Notes: generated by a model not told the origin, from the sequence alone. Positions 53,251 to 63,000 are shown, numbered from the whole stretch's first letter. The stretch is 63,000 bases of DNA, filler included, from Candidatus Hydrogenedentota bacterium (GCA_040752395.1; 14 parts of 14 records of this genome joined end to end with filler, not necessarily neighbours in it); one strand, 5' to 3'. Made by a program: numbers and translations.

Positions 53251-56200
53251 CTAATTTATCTCAATCTCTGCAGGTAACTTATCAAACGACACTTCACTCT
53301 CTGAAAAATTTTTCCATTCCCTGTTATTAATTTTTACTTTATTGATTTTCTTTTTTAAAAAAGGTGATTTTAATACAAAACCCTTATCAGGTTTTGCATC
53401 ACCTGTTATAATAATTTTTAATTTTTCATCCTCTTTTGTAACAGAATAACTTATCTTTCCAAAATAGGTTGGCATATTCTTTACTGAAACACCTTCTTTT
53501 CTCTCAAGCCATTCTTCATCAATCCCAGCACCTAAAATTAATGACTCATCTTTTTCAAATACAAACAAACTTATCGCAGTGTTTATGTATCCAGAACCAA
53601 CCCAGGTATGAGGCATATCACCGATATAACAGCCTTGTCTGGGAGGACTATAAACTACTTCTGCCCAATGGTTCCAGTTCGTGGGTCTCCGACAGCTTAA
53701 AAGAAACTTTATTAACTTTAATGCTTTTTCCTTCTGGTTCATAAAAAGAAAAGCCTGGACAGAGCGGATCTCATAAGGAGTAAAACCTCCTTTCCAGTCA
53801 GGCTCTAATCTCTTTAATACATCATCAAAATATTTATCAAATGTCCTTTTAAGTTGAACTTGTGGTAAATATTCAAGTTCACCACAACACATAACTGCTA
53901 TAGCAGTTGATGTCGCATCAAAATCGCCAAGCTCAGCACAACCAGGGATATAATCAATTTTTTTATTCTTCATTACATATTTTATTGAATTATATACAGA
54001 TTCCCTCAGTTCCTGCTCTTCCTTATTTATCCAATCCAATAAATCATCCCTACCCAAAATTTCAGCAATTTGTCTTGCATCCTTCCAGCCTTTTAACGCC
54101 CAAAAATCGTCCCAGTAAGAATGCTTACCCGGTTCTGGATAATAACCCTCATGACTTACTGAGTTGGGCAATATTCCATAAAGTTCCGGGTTATTTTTAT
54201 ATTCATCTGTTAGTCGCATATCCCTTAAATATTCAAGATATTTTAATACCTGAATTACAACAGGTAATTTCTCTTCTAGGAAATTTTTATCTTTTGTAAA
54301 GTAATAGTAATTAAGAATAGCAAATATAAGTTGGCCCTGACTATCATACTCTTTAACAGGATTTATTTCGTTATTACGGTTAATAATAACAATAGCAGGG
54401 ACTCTACCATCTTTATAAAGAAATTTGGAATACCAGTCAATATATTCCTTAATTTCTTTTGTAAAACCCATTCTTAAAAGAGCCAGAGCAGTCATAGTTC
54501 CATCTCTCATCCAGGCTGCCTCATAACATCTTGAGCCAGGTTGGATTGCCGGTCCATCTTTGTTAATTAAAATATAGGCAAGATTTGCTTTTAATGTATT
54601 CACTATATCAGTATCCGGAATATTTATTTCAATCTTATTTAATTTTGTTTCCCAGAACTTTATAGTTTCGTTCAGCATCTTATTTATCTGGGAAAAATCT
54701 TTTATCACAGATGAATTTTCATATAAAGGAATGGCAACAAAAAAATCTTTCTTTGCATCTGGATTTAATTCATATTTATATTCCAATGTACCTGAGGCAT
54801 ATCCATTTTTATCCTGCATACTCTTTTTTTCTGGTAGATTGCCTTTTTCTATACTATAAACTATATCACGATCTTTAAAATTGCAACAACCAAATTCAAA
54901 TCCTTCAGTTAAAGGATATATTTTAAATTTATCAACTTCTATAATATTTTTTTCTGTATATTTGATATTATAAATCTTATGTAATCCACCCCATTGCCAT
55001 GGAGGATTTATTTCAAATGGACGAACTGTTAAAAAAAGTTTACCTTTAATACTTTTTTTACTTTTATTTTCAATTTTATACAATATATATATAGTTGATT
55101 CACCAGGCTTCCCATAAGCAAACGGTTTGATGTTCATAATAATATCTTTATATTTCCACTGAACAGTAGGAACTGGTATATAATCTTTCTCAAGTGATTG
55201 AGATAACTCTACATCTGCCCAGGTAATAAGTTTATTGTCTATATACAAAAATGGAATTATAGAAAAACTTTTATAAGGTTCCAGAGAGCCGTCCTCACAA
55301 AAAAGGCTTTCTTTAAAATCTTCATCCATACCAACAACAGTCCAGAAGCCCTGCTCTTTATACACCCATCGTGGAAAATAACCTTTTGGAGATTCAATAG
55401 CGGAAGTTTCATAATATTTCTGGGTTGTTAAAAATTCATCTGGGCCTTTAAGAGTAATCTCTTTTAGTCCATATCCTTTTTTATTTGCACTTTCTTTCAA
55501 TTCAATTTTAATAAATTGAACGGGTATTTTATCAATATATATCATATCGCATTCGCCATTTCCATTTGATATGGAATAAACTTTGCTCCATTCTTTTCTA
55601 TTGTTTGATGCCCATATCTCATAAGTCCTGGCAAAACTTTCGTTCCAGTATAAAAACAAGCCCCCGATTTCTTTTATCTTCCGCAAATCAACTTCTATCC
55701 ATTGAATCTCTTCTGGTTTGGTTATCCATTCTGTTTTCATATCTCCATCAAATATATTCTCTGGCTTATTGTCTTCTAAAAATGAAGAAGCGCTTATAAC
55801 AGGTTGCTCTTCTGGATATTTCAAAACTACTTCCCATAATGAATAACCCCAGCCTGTGCCTCTCTCTTTTCCATATATTTTTATATACCTCGCCTTTCTT
55901 TTTTTAAAATAAATATCATCTGTGCAACCATCACCGTCTGTTGTACTATAAACTGTTTCCCAATTTTTGCCATCACTGGAAAGTGAAATCTCATAAGATT
56001 TTCCATAAGCAGTTTCCCAGAATAAGGTTAAACCTATCATTTCTTTTATTTCACCAAAATCAATTTCAAGCCACTGGTCATCAGAAAATTGACTGGACCA
56101 TCTTGTTTGCTTATTATTATCGACTGCGTACTCTGCTTTATGTGCTTCTTCCTGAATAGAAGATGCTTTAGCTGTTATTTTAAAACCGGCAGCTACTTCT

Positions 56201-56268
56201 TTTTCAGATAAAGTATGTAACTCTAATTCATCTATATAAACTTTTCCCGTGCCGCCGGAGCCCTTTGA
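53251..56268 (-). CDS. Discoidin (F5/8C, CBM32-like) domain glycoside hydrolase-like protein, 5' truncated
   Basis: Two F5/8C-like domains (QWLEIDFG, QWIEVDL) and an (alpha/alpha)6-type region AWMRDG...SHEGY...HSYWDDFW; frame open to 56268. Confidence 0.75.
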   Translation of the reverse strand, partial: SKGSGGTGKVYIDELELHTLSEKEVAAGFKITAKASSIQEEAHKAEYAVDNNKQTRWSSQFSDDQWLEIDFGEIKEMIGLTLFWETAYGKSYEISLSSDGKNWETVYSTTDGDGCTDDIYFKKRKARYIKIYGKERGTGWGYSLWEVVLKYPEEQPVISASSFLEDNKPENIFDGDMKTEWITKPEEIQWIEVDLRKIKEIGGLFLYWNESFARTYEIWASNNRKEWSKVYSISNGNGECDMIYIDKIPVQFIKIELKESANKKGYGLKEITLKGPDEFLTTQKYYETSAIESPKGYFPRWVYKEQGFWTVVGMDEDFKESLFCEDGSLEPYKSFSIIPFLYIDNKLITWADVELSQSLEKDYIPVPTVQWKYKDIIMNIKPFAYGKPGESTIYILYKIENKSKKSIKGKLFLTVRPFEINPPWQWGGLHKIYNIKYTEKNIIEVDKFKIYPLTEGFEFGCCNFKDRDIVYSIEKGNLPEKKSMQDKNGYASGTLEYKYELNPDAKKDFFVAIPLYENSSVIKDFSQINKMLNETIKFWETKLNKIEINIPDTDIVNTLKANLAYILINKDGPAIQPGSRCYEAAWMRDGTMTALALLRMGFTKEIKEYIDWYSKFLYKDGRVPAIVIINRNNEINPVKEYDSQGQLIFAILNYYYFTKDKNFLEEKLPVVIQVLKYLEYLRDMRLTDEYKNNPELYGILPNSVSHEGYYPEPGKHSYWDDFWALKGWKDARQIAEILGRDDLLDWINKEEQELRESVYNSIKYVMKNKKIDYIPGCAELGDFDATSTAIAVMCCGELEYLPQVQLKRTFDKYFDDVLKRLEPDWKGGFTPYEIRSVQAFLFMNQKEKALKLIKFLLSCRRPTNWNHWAEVVYSPPRQGCYIGDMPHTWVGSGYINTAISLFVFEKDESLILGAGIDEEWLERKEGVSVKNMPTYFGKISYSVTKEDEKLKIIITGDAKPDKGFVLKSPFLKKKINKVKINNREWKNFSESEVSFDKLPAEIEIN

Positions 56269-56402
56269 NNNNNNNNNNNNNNNNNNNNNNNNNNNNNNNN
56301 NNNNNNNNNNNNTTAATTAATTAANNNNNNNNNNNNNNNNNNNNNNNNNNNNNNNNNNNNNNNNNNNNATATAAAAAAAATCAGCTTACGGAGGTAAAAC
56401 CT

Positions 56403-57047
56403 ATGATTTTTGCCAAGAAAGAAAAGGAAGTTAATGTTCTTTTACAGCAACATTATGACAAGGTAATGGAATGTCTGCAAGAATTTAAAAAAGAAATAGA
56501 CGATTTTCTTAAAAATGCTGGGGAACACTGTCATGAGCTTTCGTTCGCTACCCATCTTAAAGAACACGAAGCAGACGAGATACGTCGAAAGATACAGATT
56601 AAATTAAATGAAGGGGCATTCCTTCCATTTTATCGTGGTGATTTTATCCAATTAGCAGACATGGTAGATAAGATTGCAAACCGGGCTAAAAATGTGGCTC
56701 AGGAGTTGGCTCTTGAATGTCCAAACGTACCGGACAATATAAAAGGGCATATGAGATCTCTATGTGATACTGTAATAAACTGTTTTAAAGAATTAGAAGT
56801 AGTAATAGATAATATTCTGCAAAACAAAAAGATTGTTATGGATGGTGCTGCAAATGTCTCGAAACTTGAGCAGGAAGCGGATTCGATCGAGTGGAAAGCG
56901 AAACGTTTGATTTTTGCTAATAAGGAACTTGATCTCTCTCAAAAGCGGCAGCTCAAAAATTTTTTTACTGAAATATCGGGTGTAGCAGACCAAATCGAGA
57001 ATTGTGCAGATCGCTGTATGCTAATTATTACCAAGCAGGTCGTATGA
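56403..57047 (+). CDS. DUF47/PhoU-like phosphate transport regulator
   Basis: EHEADEIRR...FLPFYRGD and EQEADSIE; upstream of pit. Confidence 0.85.
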   Translation: MIFAKKEKEVNVLLQQHYDKVMECLQEFKKEIDDFLKNAGEHCHELSFATHLKEHEADEIRRKIQIKLNEGAFLPFYRGDFIQLADMVDKIANRAKNVAQELALECPNVPDNIKGHMRSLCDTVINCFKELEVVIDNILQNKKIVMDGAANVSKLEQEADSIEWKAKRLIFANKELDLSQKRQLKNFFTEISGVADQIENCADRCMLIITKQVV

Positions 57048-57246
57048 CCATTTGCAAGATTAGTAATATTTAAATTGAGTATGCGAAAAAACTGTTTCCC
57101 ACTCTTAATAGAGCAATTTACCATCTATGTATGACGTTTTAATCTTGCACAAATTGGATTTCGATTCTAAAAGAAACGATGCGGTTATAACTTATGTAAA
57201 AGATAGAATTACGATGATTAAAAATTACAAATGTTGAGGAGTAATT

Positions 57247-58413
57247 ATGGATATATTGATAACTATAATATTGGTGATTGCCGGTTTCTATGTTGGGTGG
57301 AACATCGGTGCAAATGATGCAGCTAATTGCATTGGTACTTCCGTAGGAGGTGGGATTATTAGCTACAAAAAGGCAATAATCTTGATGGCAATATTTGTAT
57401 TTATTGGTTCCGTGCTACAGGGACACTATGTAATGAAAACAATCGGAAAAGGGATTATCATTAGTGATCCTAAATCCTACGTATCAGGGGATAAATGGAA
57501 AAAACTTAAAAACCTTGAGACCGAGCTTGAAAAATGTACGGATAAAAATTCCGAAGAATACAATACTTTAGTTCAAAAAACAGAATCACTTAGGAAAACG
57601 ATATACTCGGAATTAGAAAAGAAAAAACCGAAAGACCATGAGAAATATTTCCCGAAAGGGAAACTTCCGGACCTTGCCATATTTGTGGCACTTCTATCTG
57701 CCGGGTTCTTTGTTACTTTAGCAACCTTCTTTAGTTTACCAGTTTCTACGTCACAGTCGATTGTAGGTGGAGTAGCAGGTGTAGGGCTGGGAATAGTCGG
57801 ATTTCAAACACAATATTTTAAAATCAATGTGTTAACAAAGATACTTGGGTGTTGGGTGTTATGTCCGATACTTACTATGATTTTATCTATGATAATATGC
57901 TTTTTGATGCTAACCCTACTACGTAGATATGGAAACATTTACTGGCAGAAGACAGTCGCGTTTTTAGTTATCCTCTCTGCTTGTTATGTTGCGTATTCAC
58001 TTGGAGCTAATGACGTGGGGAACGCTATTGGACCACTTTTAAACAAATACCCGGAAAAAGGATTGGCACTTGCAACTATGGGGGGAATTGCACTTGCCGT
58101 AGGTGGGCTAACATTCGGTAAACGGGTTACGGAAACAGTTGGTAAAAATATTACGCCACTTGATTTACCTACTGCATTTTCTGCACAGATGGCAGCAGCA
58201 TTCGGAGTACATCTATTTTCCATTATAGGGGTACCGGTCTCTACATCTCAATCTATTGTAGGTGCTGTAATCGGTGTTGGGCTATATAAAGGAATAAAAA
58301 CCGTTAGTGCGAAAAAAATAATGATTATTCTAATTGGCTGGGTTGCGGCTCCTTCTTTTGCCGCTTTTTTTGCTGCCATAGTTTATCGTATTTTATATTC
58401 GTTTTTTGCTTAA
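57247..58413 (+). CDS. pit: PiT-family inorganic phosphate transporter
   Basis: Two GANDxxN motifs and two PVSTSQ motifs. Confidence 0.92.
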   Translation: MDILITIILVIAGFYVGWNIGANDAANCIGTSVGGGIISYKKAIILMAIFVFIGSVLQGHYVMKTIGKGIIISDPKSYVSGDKWKKLKNLETELEKCTDKNSEEYNTLVQKTESLRKTIYSELEKKKPKDHEKYFPKGKLPDLAIFVALLSAGFFVTLATFFSLPVSTSQSIVGGVAGVGLGIVGFQTQYFKINVLTKILGCWVLCPILTMILSMIICFLMLTLLRRYGNIYWQKTVAFLVILSACYVAYSLGANDVGNAIGPLLNKYPEKGLALATMGGIALAVGGLTFGKRVTETVGKNITPLDLPTAFSAQMAAAFGVHLFSIIGVPVSTSQSIVGAVIGVGLYKGIKTVSAKKIMIILIGWVAAPSFAAFFAAIVYRILYSFFA

Positions 58414-58657
58414 ATAAATCTCGTTAGAGAACTAACACTCACACGGAGTATTAGTCCCCGGTAAATACTCAGTGAAAACCGTTATGTTATAATAAAATAA
58501 TAAAAGATGTAGTTAAGGGTGCTTTCTAATTATGTAATTTTTGGGTCTTTCGTAATTAAGTTGCAATTTAAATTAATAAATTGTATGGGAGGCGGCCGAT
58601 TGTAATTATACTATTATTCCAAGGCTCTTTTACCAACTTTTTTACGAATGAACCTAA

Positions 58658-58745
58658 TTTTTTATTTACAAGAAAAACAAGGATGCAGTTGTAATAAGTG
58701 CCAGAGATATGGCTAAAAAAGAAAGGAGGCTCTATGAAAAAAATA
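58658..58745 (+). pseudogene. BrnT-like toxin 3' remnant
   Basis: FFIYKKNKDAVVISARDMAKKERRLYEK; 5' part missing (in-frame TAA at 58655). Confidence 0.6.
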
Positions 58746-59005
58746 AAAGAATTGTTCCTATTCCTGAACATTTTACAAACATAAAAGAATCTTCTGAATT
58801 TTGGGATACTTATGATGCCGGTGATCACGAAAAGTATTTGCGGCCGATTCAAGAAGATATTAAAGTATCGAAAAAATTACCACAGGCGGTATTAGTAAAA
58901 CCTTCTTTATTAGAAAAACTTAAAAAAATTGCCAAGCAAAAAGGAATTTCTTTAGAAACATTGATTAATTTATGGTTAAACGAAAAAGTTTTATCTGGCA
59001 TATAA
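58709..59005 (+). CDS. CopG/BrnA-like antitoxin; natural start is frameshifted
   Basis: IPEHF..IKESSEFWDT.D and LKKIAKQKGISLETLINLWL; the AGGAGG-led ATG at 58734 is out of frame at an A7 run. Confidence 0.65.
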   Translation: MAKKERRLYEKNKRIVPIPEHFTNIKESSEFWDTYDAGDHEKYLRPIQEDIKVSKKLPQAVLVKPSLLEKLKKIAKQKGISLETLINLWLNEKVLSGI

Positions 59006-59015
59006 AATTGAAAAT

Positions 59016-59264
59016 TTGAAAGATTTAAAGATTCACAAACATCAGAAAGGTATTACACTATTAGAACTATTAATACCCATCACTATACTTGGAATGTTTT
59101 TTGTTGGAGCCTTTGCATTAAAAAATACCATTAAATCACTTTTTATAAAAAATAATGATTTGATTATAGCATATGATCTCGGTCGCGACCTCAGGGAAGA
59201 GATAATTACGAGTTATATCGATGGTTATTCTTTTCCGACCCATTCTCATCTAAAATCTCTGTAA
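59016..59264 (+). pseudogene. Prepilin-type N-terminal fragment
   Basis: QKG|ITLLELL class III signal motif plus hydrophobic helix; short and overlapping an RHS fragment. Confidence 0.55.
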
Positions 59265-59410
59265 TTGAATTTATCCCATCACAATAATAGTAATAATAAT
59301 TATTCCCATTTATTAATCCTATCCTTTCGTCTAAATTCTTTCCTAAAATGTATTTATTTACTAAATTGTTATTATTATCATACTCTGCCAAAACTGTAAA
59401 TCCTAACCAT
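59206..59410 (-). pseudogene. RHS/YD-repeat core fragment
   Basis: VLAEYD....LVNKYILG..LDERI.....YYYYCDGINSITEILDENG.....RY. Confidence 0.65.
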
Positions 59411-59420
59411 AAAAACTTTG

Positions 59421-59469
59421 TGGAAAGTATCCCGGACATCGTATACCCCTTAAAGAGGTATACGATGTC
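59421..59469. repeat. REP-like palindrome; 27-bp inverted copy at 62262-62288
   Basis: GACATCGTATACC-N9-GGTATACGATGTC, a perfect 13-bp stem. Confidence 0.75.
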
Positions 59470-59758
59470 TGTAAACTTCCCGTTTTAAAAAATATTTTTT
59501 CTTGACTATAAATATTTTTAAGTTTAAAATTATACTTTAGCAGAAAATAAGTCAATGGATTTCATTTAAGCAGCCATTTTCAAGGTATTAAATAATGATT
59601 CTAATTTTTTATGGTTCACAGGGAAGTGATATAAACTATCAAAAATTAATTAGTGATNNNNNNNNNNNNNNNNNNNNNNNNNNNNNNNNNNNNNNNNNNN
59701 NTTAATTAATTAANNNNNNNNNNNNNNNNNNNNNNNNNNNNNNNNNNNNNNNNNNNNT

Positions 59759-59908
59759 TATAGTGGTTATTTTTTTGGCAATATTCCTTTTGTAAAAAGA
59801 CATTTTAGTTTAGTTATTCTTATGATAGTTTTTATATCCATTCTGCCAGGTATTATAGAATATATCCGTCATCGCGGGTCGCGCTCTACACAACGTATGA
59901 AAAACTAA
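59759..59908 (+). CDS. dedA: DedA-family protein, 3' fragment
   Basis: GYFFGNIPFVKRHFSLVILMIVFISILPGIIEY; the last codons lie in the repeat. Confidence 0.75.
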   Translation, partial: YSGYFFGNIPFVKRHFSLVILMIVFISILPGIIEYIRHRGSRSTQRMKN

Positions 59909-60149
59909 AGATGATATGAAAAGAGTCGTGAGTCGCAAGTCGTGAGTCAAAACAGGACTCGAGACTCAAGACTCAAGACTTTTCAGCAGGCTCCGGGCTT
60001 CGGGCTCCAGCCGGCTGTAGTCCGTAGCCTGTAGCCCGTCCTGATACCTCTCACTTCCCACTTCTTACTTCTTACTTTTTTCGTTATCTTGCATCTTGCT
60101 TCTTGCTTCTACTTGATATTATTATAGTTACAGCGTTTTTCAGAGGAGG
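59874..60149 (+). repeat. Mosaic repeat copy upstream of nupC
   Basis: All core modules, ending TTACAGCGTTTTTCAGAGGAGG. Confidence 0.95.
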
Positions 60150-60154
60150 ACACT

Positions 60155-61456
60155 ATGGACATTCACAATTTAATCTCATTATTTGGTTTGGTTGTAATAA
60201 TATTTCTTGCATGGCTTATATCCTACGATAGACGGACGATACCGTGGAGGGTAATTATCTGGGGTGTGATACTACAGTTGTTCTTTGCATTTATTGTTCT
60301 TTACTGGTCTCCTGGTCGAAGGGTATTCGAGATACTCAATGACGCTATTGTAAAAGTACTTGATTTTACAGTTGAGGGTTCGGTATTTGTCTTTAATGCG
60401 CTTGGTGTTCCGCCAGGTCAGACCCGTTCTGGCACGCAAAGTTTAGGTTTCTTTTTTGCGTTCCAGGTATTAACTACGATTATATTTTTTTCGTCCTTAA
60501 TGTCAGTTTTGTATTATTTAGGAATAATGCAGAAAATAGTATTATTTTTTGCAAAGATAATGGCATACACTATGGGTACAAGTGGTGCTGAATCTCTTTC
60601 TGCTTCTGCAAACATTTTTGTTGGTCAAACAGAGGCACCGCTTGTCGTAAAACCTTATGTGGAAAAAATGACTGATTCTGAACTTTTATGTATTATGTCT
60701 GGCGGGTTCGCTACTGTTGCTGGTGGGGTTATGGGAGCTTATGTGATGATGTTAAAAGATTATTTCCCTAATATTGCAGGTCATCTTTTATCAGCATCTG
60801 TTCTATCTGCGCCTGCTGCTCTTGTGATGGCTAAAATAATCTTGCCTGAAAAAGAAGAACCACTGACCAAAGGTGAGGTCAAACTGCAATTAAAAATTAC
60901 TGATGTTAATATTATTGACGCTGCAGCAAATGGTGCATCCACAGGACTTACACTTGCTCTTAATGTAGCCTCGATGCTTATCGCATTCGTTGCTTTGATC
61001 GCTATGCTGAATTTTGGCGTAAATAAAATAGGAAATTTTTTCGGTTATGAAAATTTAACAATACAGCTGATCCTCGGCTGGATACACTGGCCTATAGCCT
61101 GGGTATTAGGTATCCCTACTGCAGATTGTTTTGAGATCGGTAAACTATTGGGTGAGAAACTTATCTTAACAGAATTTATTGCGTATCTTGATCTGGCAAA
61201 GGTTTTAGTTGACCCTGATATAACCCTTGATCCGCGTTCAATAGTTATTGCTACGTATTCATTATGTGGTTTCGCAAATTTTGCCTCTATAGCGATCCAG
61301 ATTGGTGGTATAGGTGGTATAGCTCCAAGCAGACGCAGCGATTTAGCACGGTTGGGGCTTAGAGGGATGTGGGCTGGATGTCTGGCTGCTTATATGACAG
61401 GAAATATCGCAGGTATCTTTTATACAGGTGAAACTATTCTAAAAGCAACACAGTAG
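60155..61456 (+). CDS. nupC: NupC/CNT nucleoside transporter
   Basis: GAESLSASANIFVGQTEAPL, LTEFIAY and LCGFANFASIAIQIGG. Confidence 0.93.
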   Translation: MDIHNLISLFGLVVIIFLAWLISYDRRTIPWRVIIWGVILQLFFAFIVLYWSPGRRVFEILNDAIVKVLDFTVEGSVFVFNALGVPPGQTRSGTQSLGFFFAFQVLTTIIFFSSLMSVLYYLGIMQKIVLFFAKIMAYTMGTSGAESLSASANIFVGQTEAPLVVKPYVEKMTDSELLCIMSGGFATVAGGVMGAYVMMLKDYFPNIAGHLLSASVLSAPAALVMAKIILPEKEEPLTKGEVKLQLKITDVNIIDAAANGASTGLTLALNVASMLIAFVALIAMLNFGVNKIGNFFGYENLTIQLILGWIHWPIAWVLGIPTADCFEIGKLLGEKLILTEFIAYLDLAKVLVDPDITLDPRSIVIATYSLCGFANFASIAIQIGGIGGIAPSRRSDLARLGLRGMWAGCLAAYMTGNIAGIFYTGETILKATQ

Positions 61457-61561
61457 GTAACTATTTAGTTATAGTTAGAAGCAAGAAACAAGATAACGAA
61501 AGAAGTGAGAAGTAAAAAAAGGAAATATCACAGTATATCACTAAAAGTATGTAGAAATGAA

Positions 61562-62071
61562 ATGAGTGAAATTAAATTTATCGTTGATGCGATGATGGGC
61601 CGGACTGCCCGCTTGTTAAGAGTCATCGGGATTGATACCCTCTTTTATCCTGAAATAGATGATGCGCGGCTTTTAGCTATCGCAAAGAAAGAAAACAGAA
61701 TAATCATTACCCGAGATACCGCATTTCTAATAAGAAAAAATCTGCCACCTTACTATTATGTTAAAGCCAATGAAACAAAAGACCAGTTCAAAGAGATTGT
61801 AAAATATTTCAATATAAAGTTTCAAAAAGATAATATTTTCACAAGATGTATTGTCTGTAATGGCAGCATAGATACAATTAATAAAGACAGAATAAAAGAT
61901 AAAGTACCTGAATATACATATCAAACAATAGATATATTTTACAAATGCAACGGCTGTGGAAAAATCTACTGGCAGGGTTCACACTATTCTAAAGCCATAG
62001 ATTTTATTGAGGGTCTCTTCAATGAATCAACAACCAGACCCAACCATACACCGTCTCCTCCTCCTTTTTGA
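61562..62071 (+). CDS. Mut7-C RNase domain protein
   Basis: FIVDAMMGRTARLLR.IG.DT, RIIITRD, TRC..CN and C..CGKIYWQGSH. Confidence 0.88.
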   Translation: MSEIKFIVDAMMGRTARLLRVIGIDTLFYPEIDDARLLAIAKKENRIIITRDTAFLIRKNLPPYYYVKANETKDQFKEIVKYFNIKFQKDNIFTRCIVCNGSIDTINKDRIKDKVPEYTYQTIDIFYKCNGCGKIYWQGSHYSKAIDFIEGLFNESTTRPNHTPSPPPF

Positions 62072-62377
62072 TACACTTTAATCTTTCTATCATCAGGCAC
62101 TAAAAAACGTATAAAAAAATATTATTAAAGGTGGTAATGGTCAAATGCTCGCTACAATTTTTTCATATGTTCTAAAGTGGCAAAGACACAAAAACACAAA
62201 CAAGAAAAGACGCTGGATCTTATATCAATAAACTTAATCATAGTCTTTATCAATTATTAGTGGTATACGATGTCCGGGATACTTTCCAAAAGTGGATTAA
62301 AATAATACTTGCAAAAATATAGAGTACTGTTTATGATATTATAAATAATACTATTAAGATGAGAGGGGTGATTTATA

Positions 62378-62635
62378 ATGAAAAATCTTATAGCCGCGAA
62401 TGAGTTAAAGACTAAAGGTGTTTCTCTTTTAAGTAAGGTAACTTCTGACGGCACTGAGGCTTTAATTACTGTGAGAGGCAAAACGGAATTTGTGGTACTG
62501 CCTATTAAAACTTATAATTATCTGAGAGAATGCGAATTAGAGGTGGCGCTATTAGAGTCTAAAAACGATATCTCTAAAGGTAGGTTTGTCGTGGAATCCG
62601 TGAAACAGCATATTAAGAGAATAACCCGTGTTTAA
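62378..62635 (+). CDS. Phd/YefM-family antitoxin
   Basis: IAANELKTKG...ALITVRGK.EFVVL....Y..L; overlaps the toxin start. Confidence 0.75.
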   Translation: MKNLIAANELKTKGVSLLSKVTSDGTEALITVRGKTEFVVLPIKTYNYLRECELEVALLESKNDISKGRFVVESVKQHIKRITRV

Positions 62636-62900
62636 GATAATATATACTAATAGCTATACAAGAAGAGCTAAAAATTTTATAAAACATCACCCGGATATTA
62701 CAAAGCAGTACGAGAAAACCTTGAAACTACTTGAAATAAACCCTTTCCATCCCTCACTAAGGCTCCATAAATTAAAAGGCAGACTTTCAGAATTATATTC
62801 TGTTTCAATAAACATATCGTACCGCATAAGCCTTGATTTTTTGATTAAAAAGAATAAAATCATACTTATTGATATAGGTTCGCATAATGAAATCTATTAA
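62628..62900 (+). CDS. RelE/YafQ-superfamily toxin
   Basis: NPFHPSLRLHKLKG.L..LYSVSIN.SYRI...IDIGSH.EIY. Confidence 0.8.
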   Translation: MFKIIYTNSYTRRAKNFIKHHPDITKQYEKTLKLLEINPFHPSLRLHKLKGRLSELYSVSINISYRISLDFLIKKNKIILIDIGSHNEIY

Positions 62901-62908
62901 TTAATAAT

Positions 62909-63000
62909 AATAGATATATTTTACAAATGCAACGGCTGTGGAAAAATCTACTGGCAGGGTTCACACTATTCTAAAGCCATAGATTTTATTGAGGGTCTCT
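62909..63000 (+). repeat. Direct repeat of 61927-62018 (3' part of the Mut7-C gene)
   Basis: 92 identical bases, running to the window end. Confidence 0.92.

Overview
AT-rich bacterial DNA from a fragmented, probably metagenome-assembled genome. One contig of at least 18 kb (1-18111) is followed by 13 short contigs of mostly 3.3-3.4 kb (the last is cut by the window edge). They are joined by artificial 100-nt N/TTAATTAATTAA/N linkers, so adjacency across a linker is not biological. Gene content is mostly housekeeping and metabolic: plsC, methylmalonyl-CoA mutase subunits and meaB, xanthine/CO-dehydrogenase-type small and medium subunits, rpsF-ssb-rpsR-DUF2232-rplI, mtaB, serA-like, pyrG-kdsB-rfaE, ssnA, mdh, rpsA, leuD, trxA, accC, thiE, PiT and NupC. 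There are also four GT-C-type membrane glycosyltransferase-like genes and tRNA-Leu(CAG) and tRNA-Ala(GGC). The most unusual feature is a dispersed family of mosaic intergenic repeats (about 20 loci). They are built from shuffled and nested modules of 7/8-nt periodic tandem arms paired with reverse-complement arms. Most end in a conserved ...GTTTTTCAGAGGAG that supplies the Shine-Dalgarno sequence of 12 unrelated genes. The family has invaded a ribosomal-protein operon and has been recruited into several coding sequences. Also present are IS1182-like elements/MITEs sharing one target sequence, an internally deleted group II intron remnant, three decayed toxin-antitoxin loci, one intact-looking TA cassette flanked by a duplicated gene 3' end, and sigma28-like promoters. 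All calls come from reading the sequence; no database search was run.
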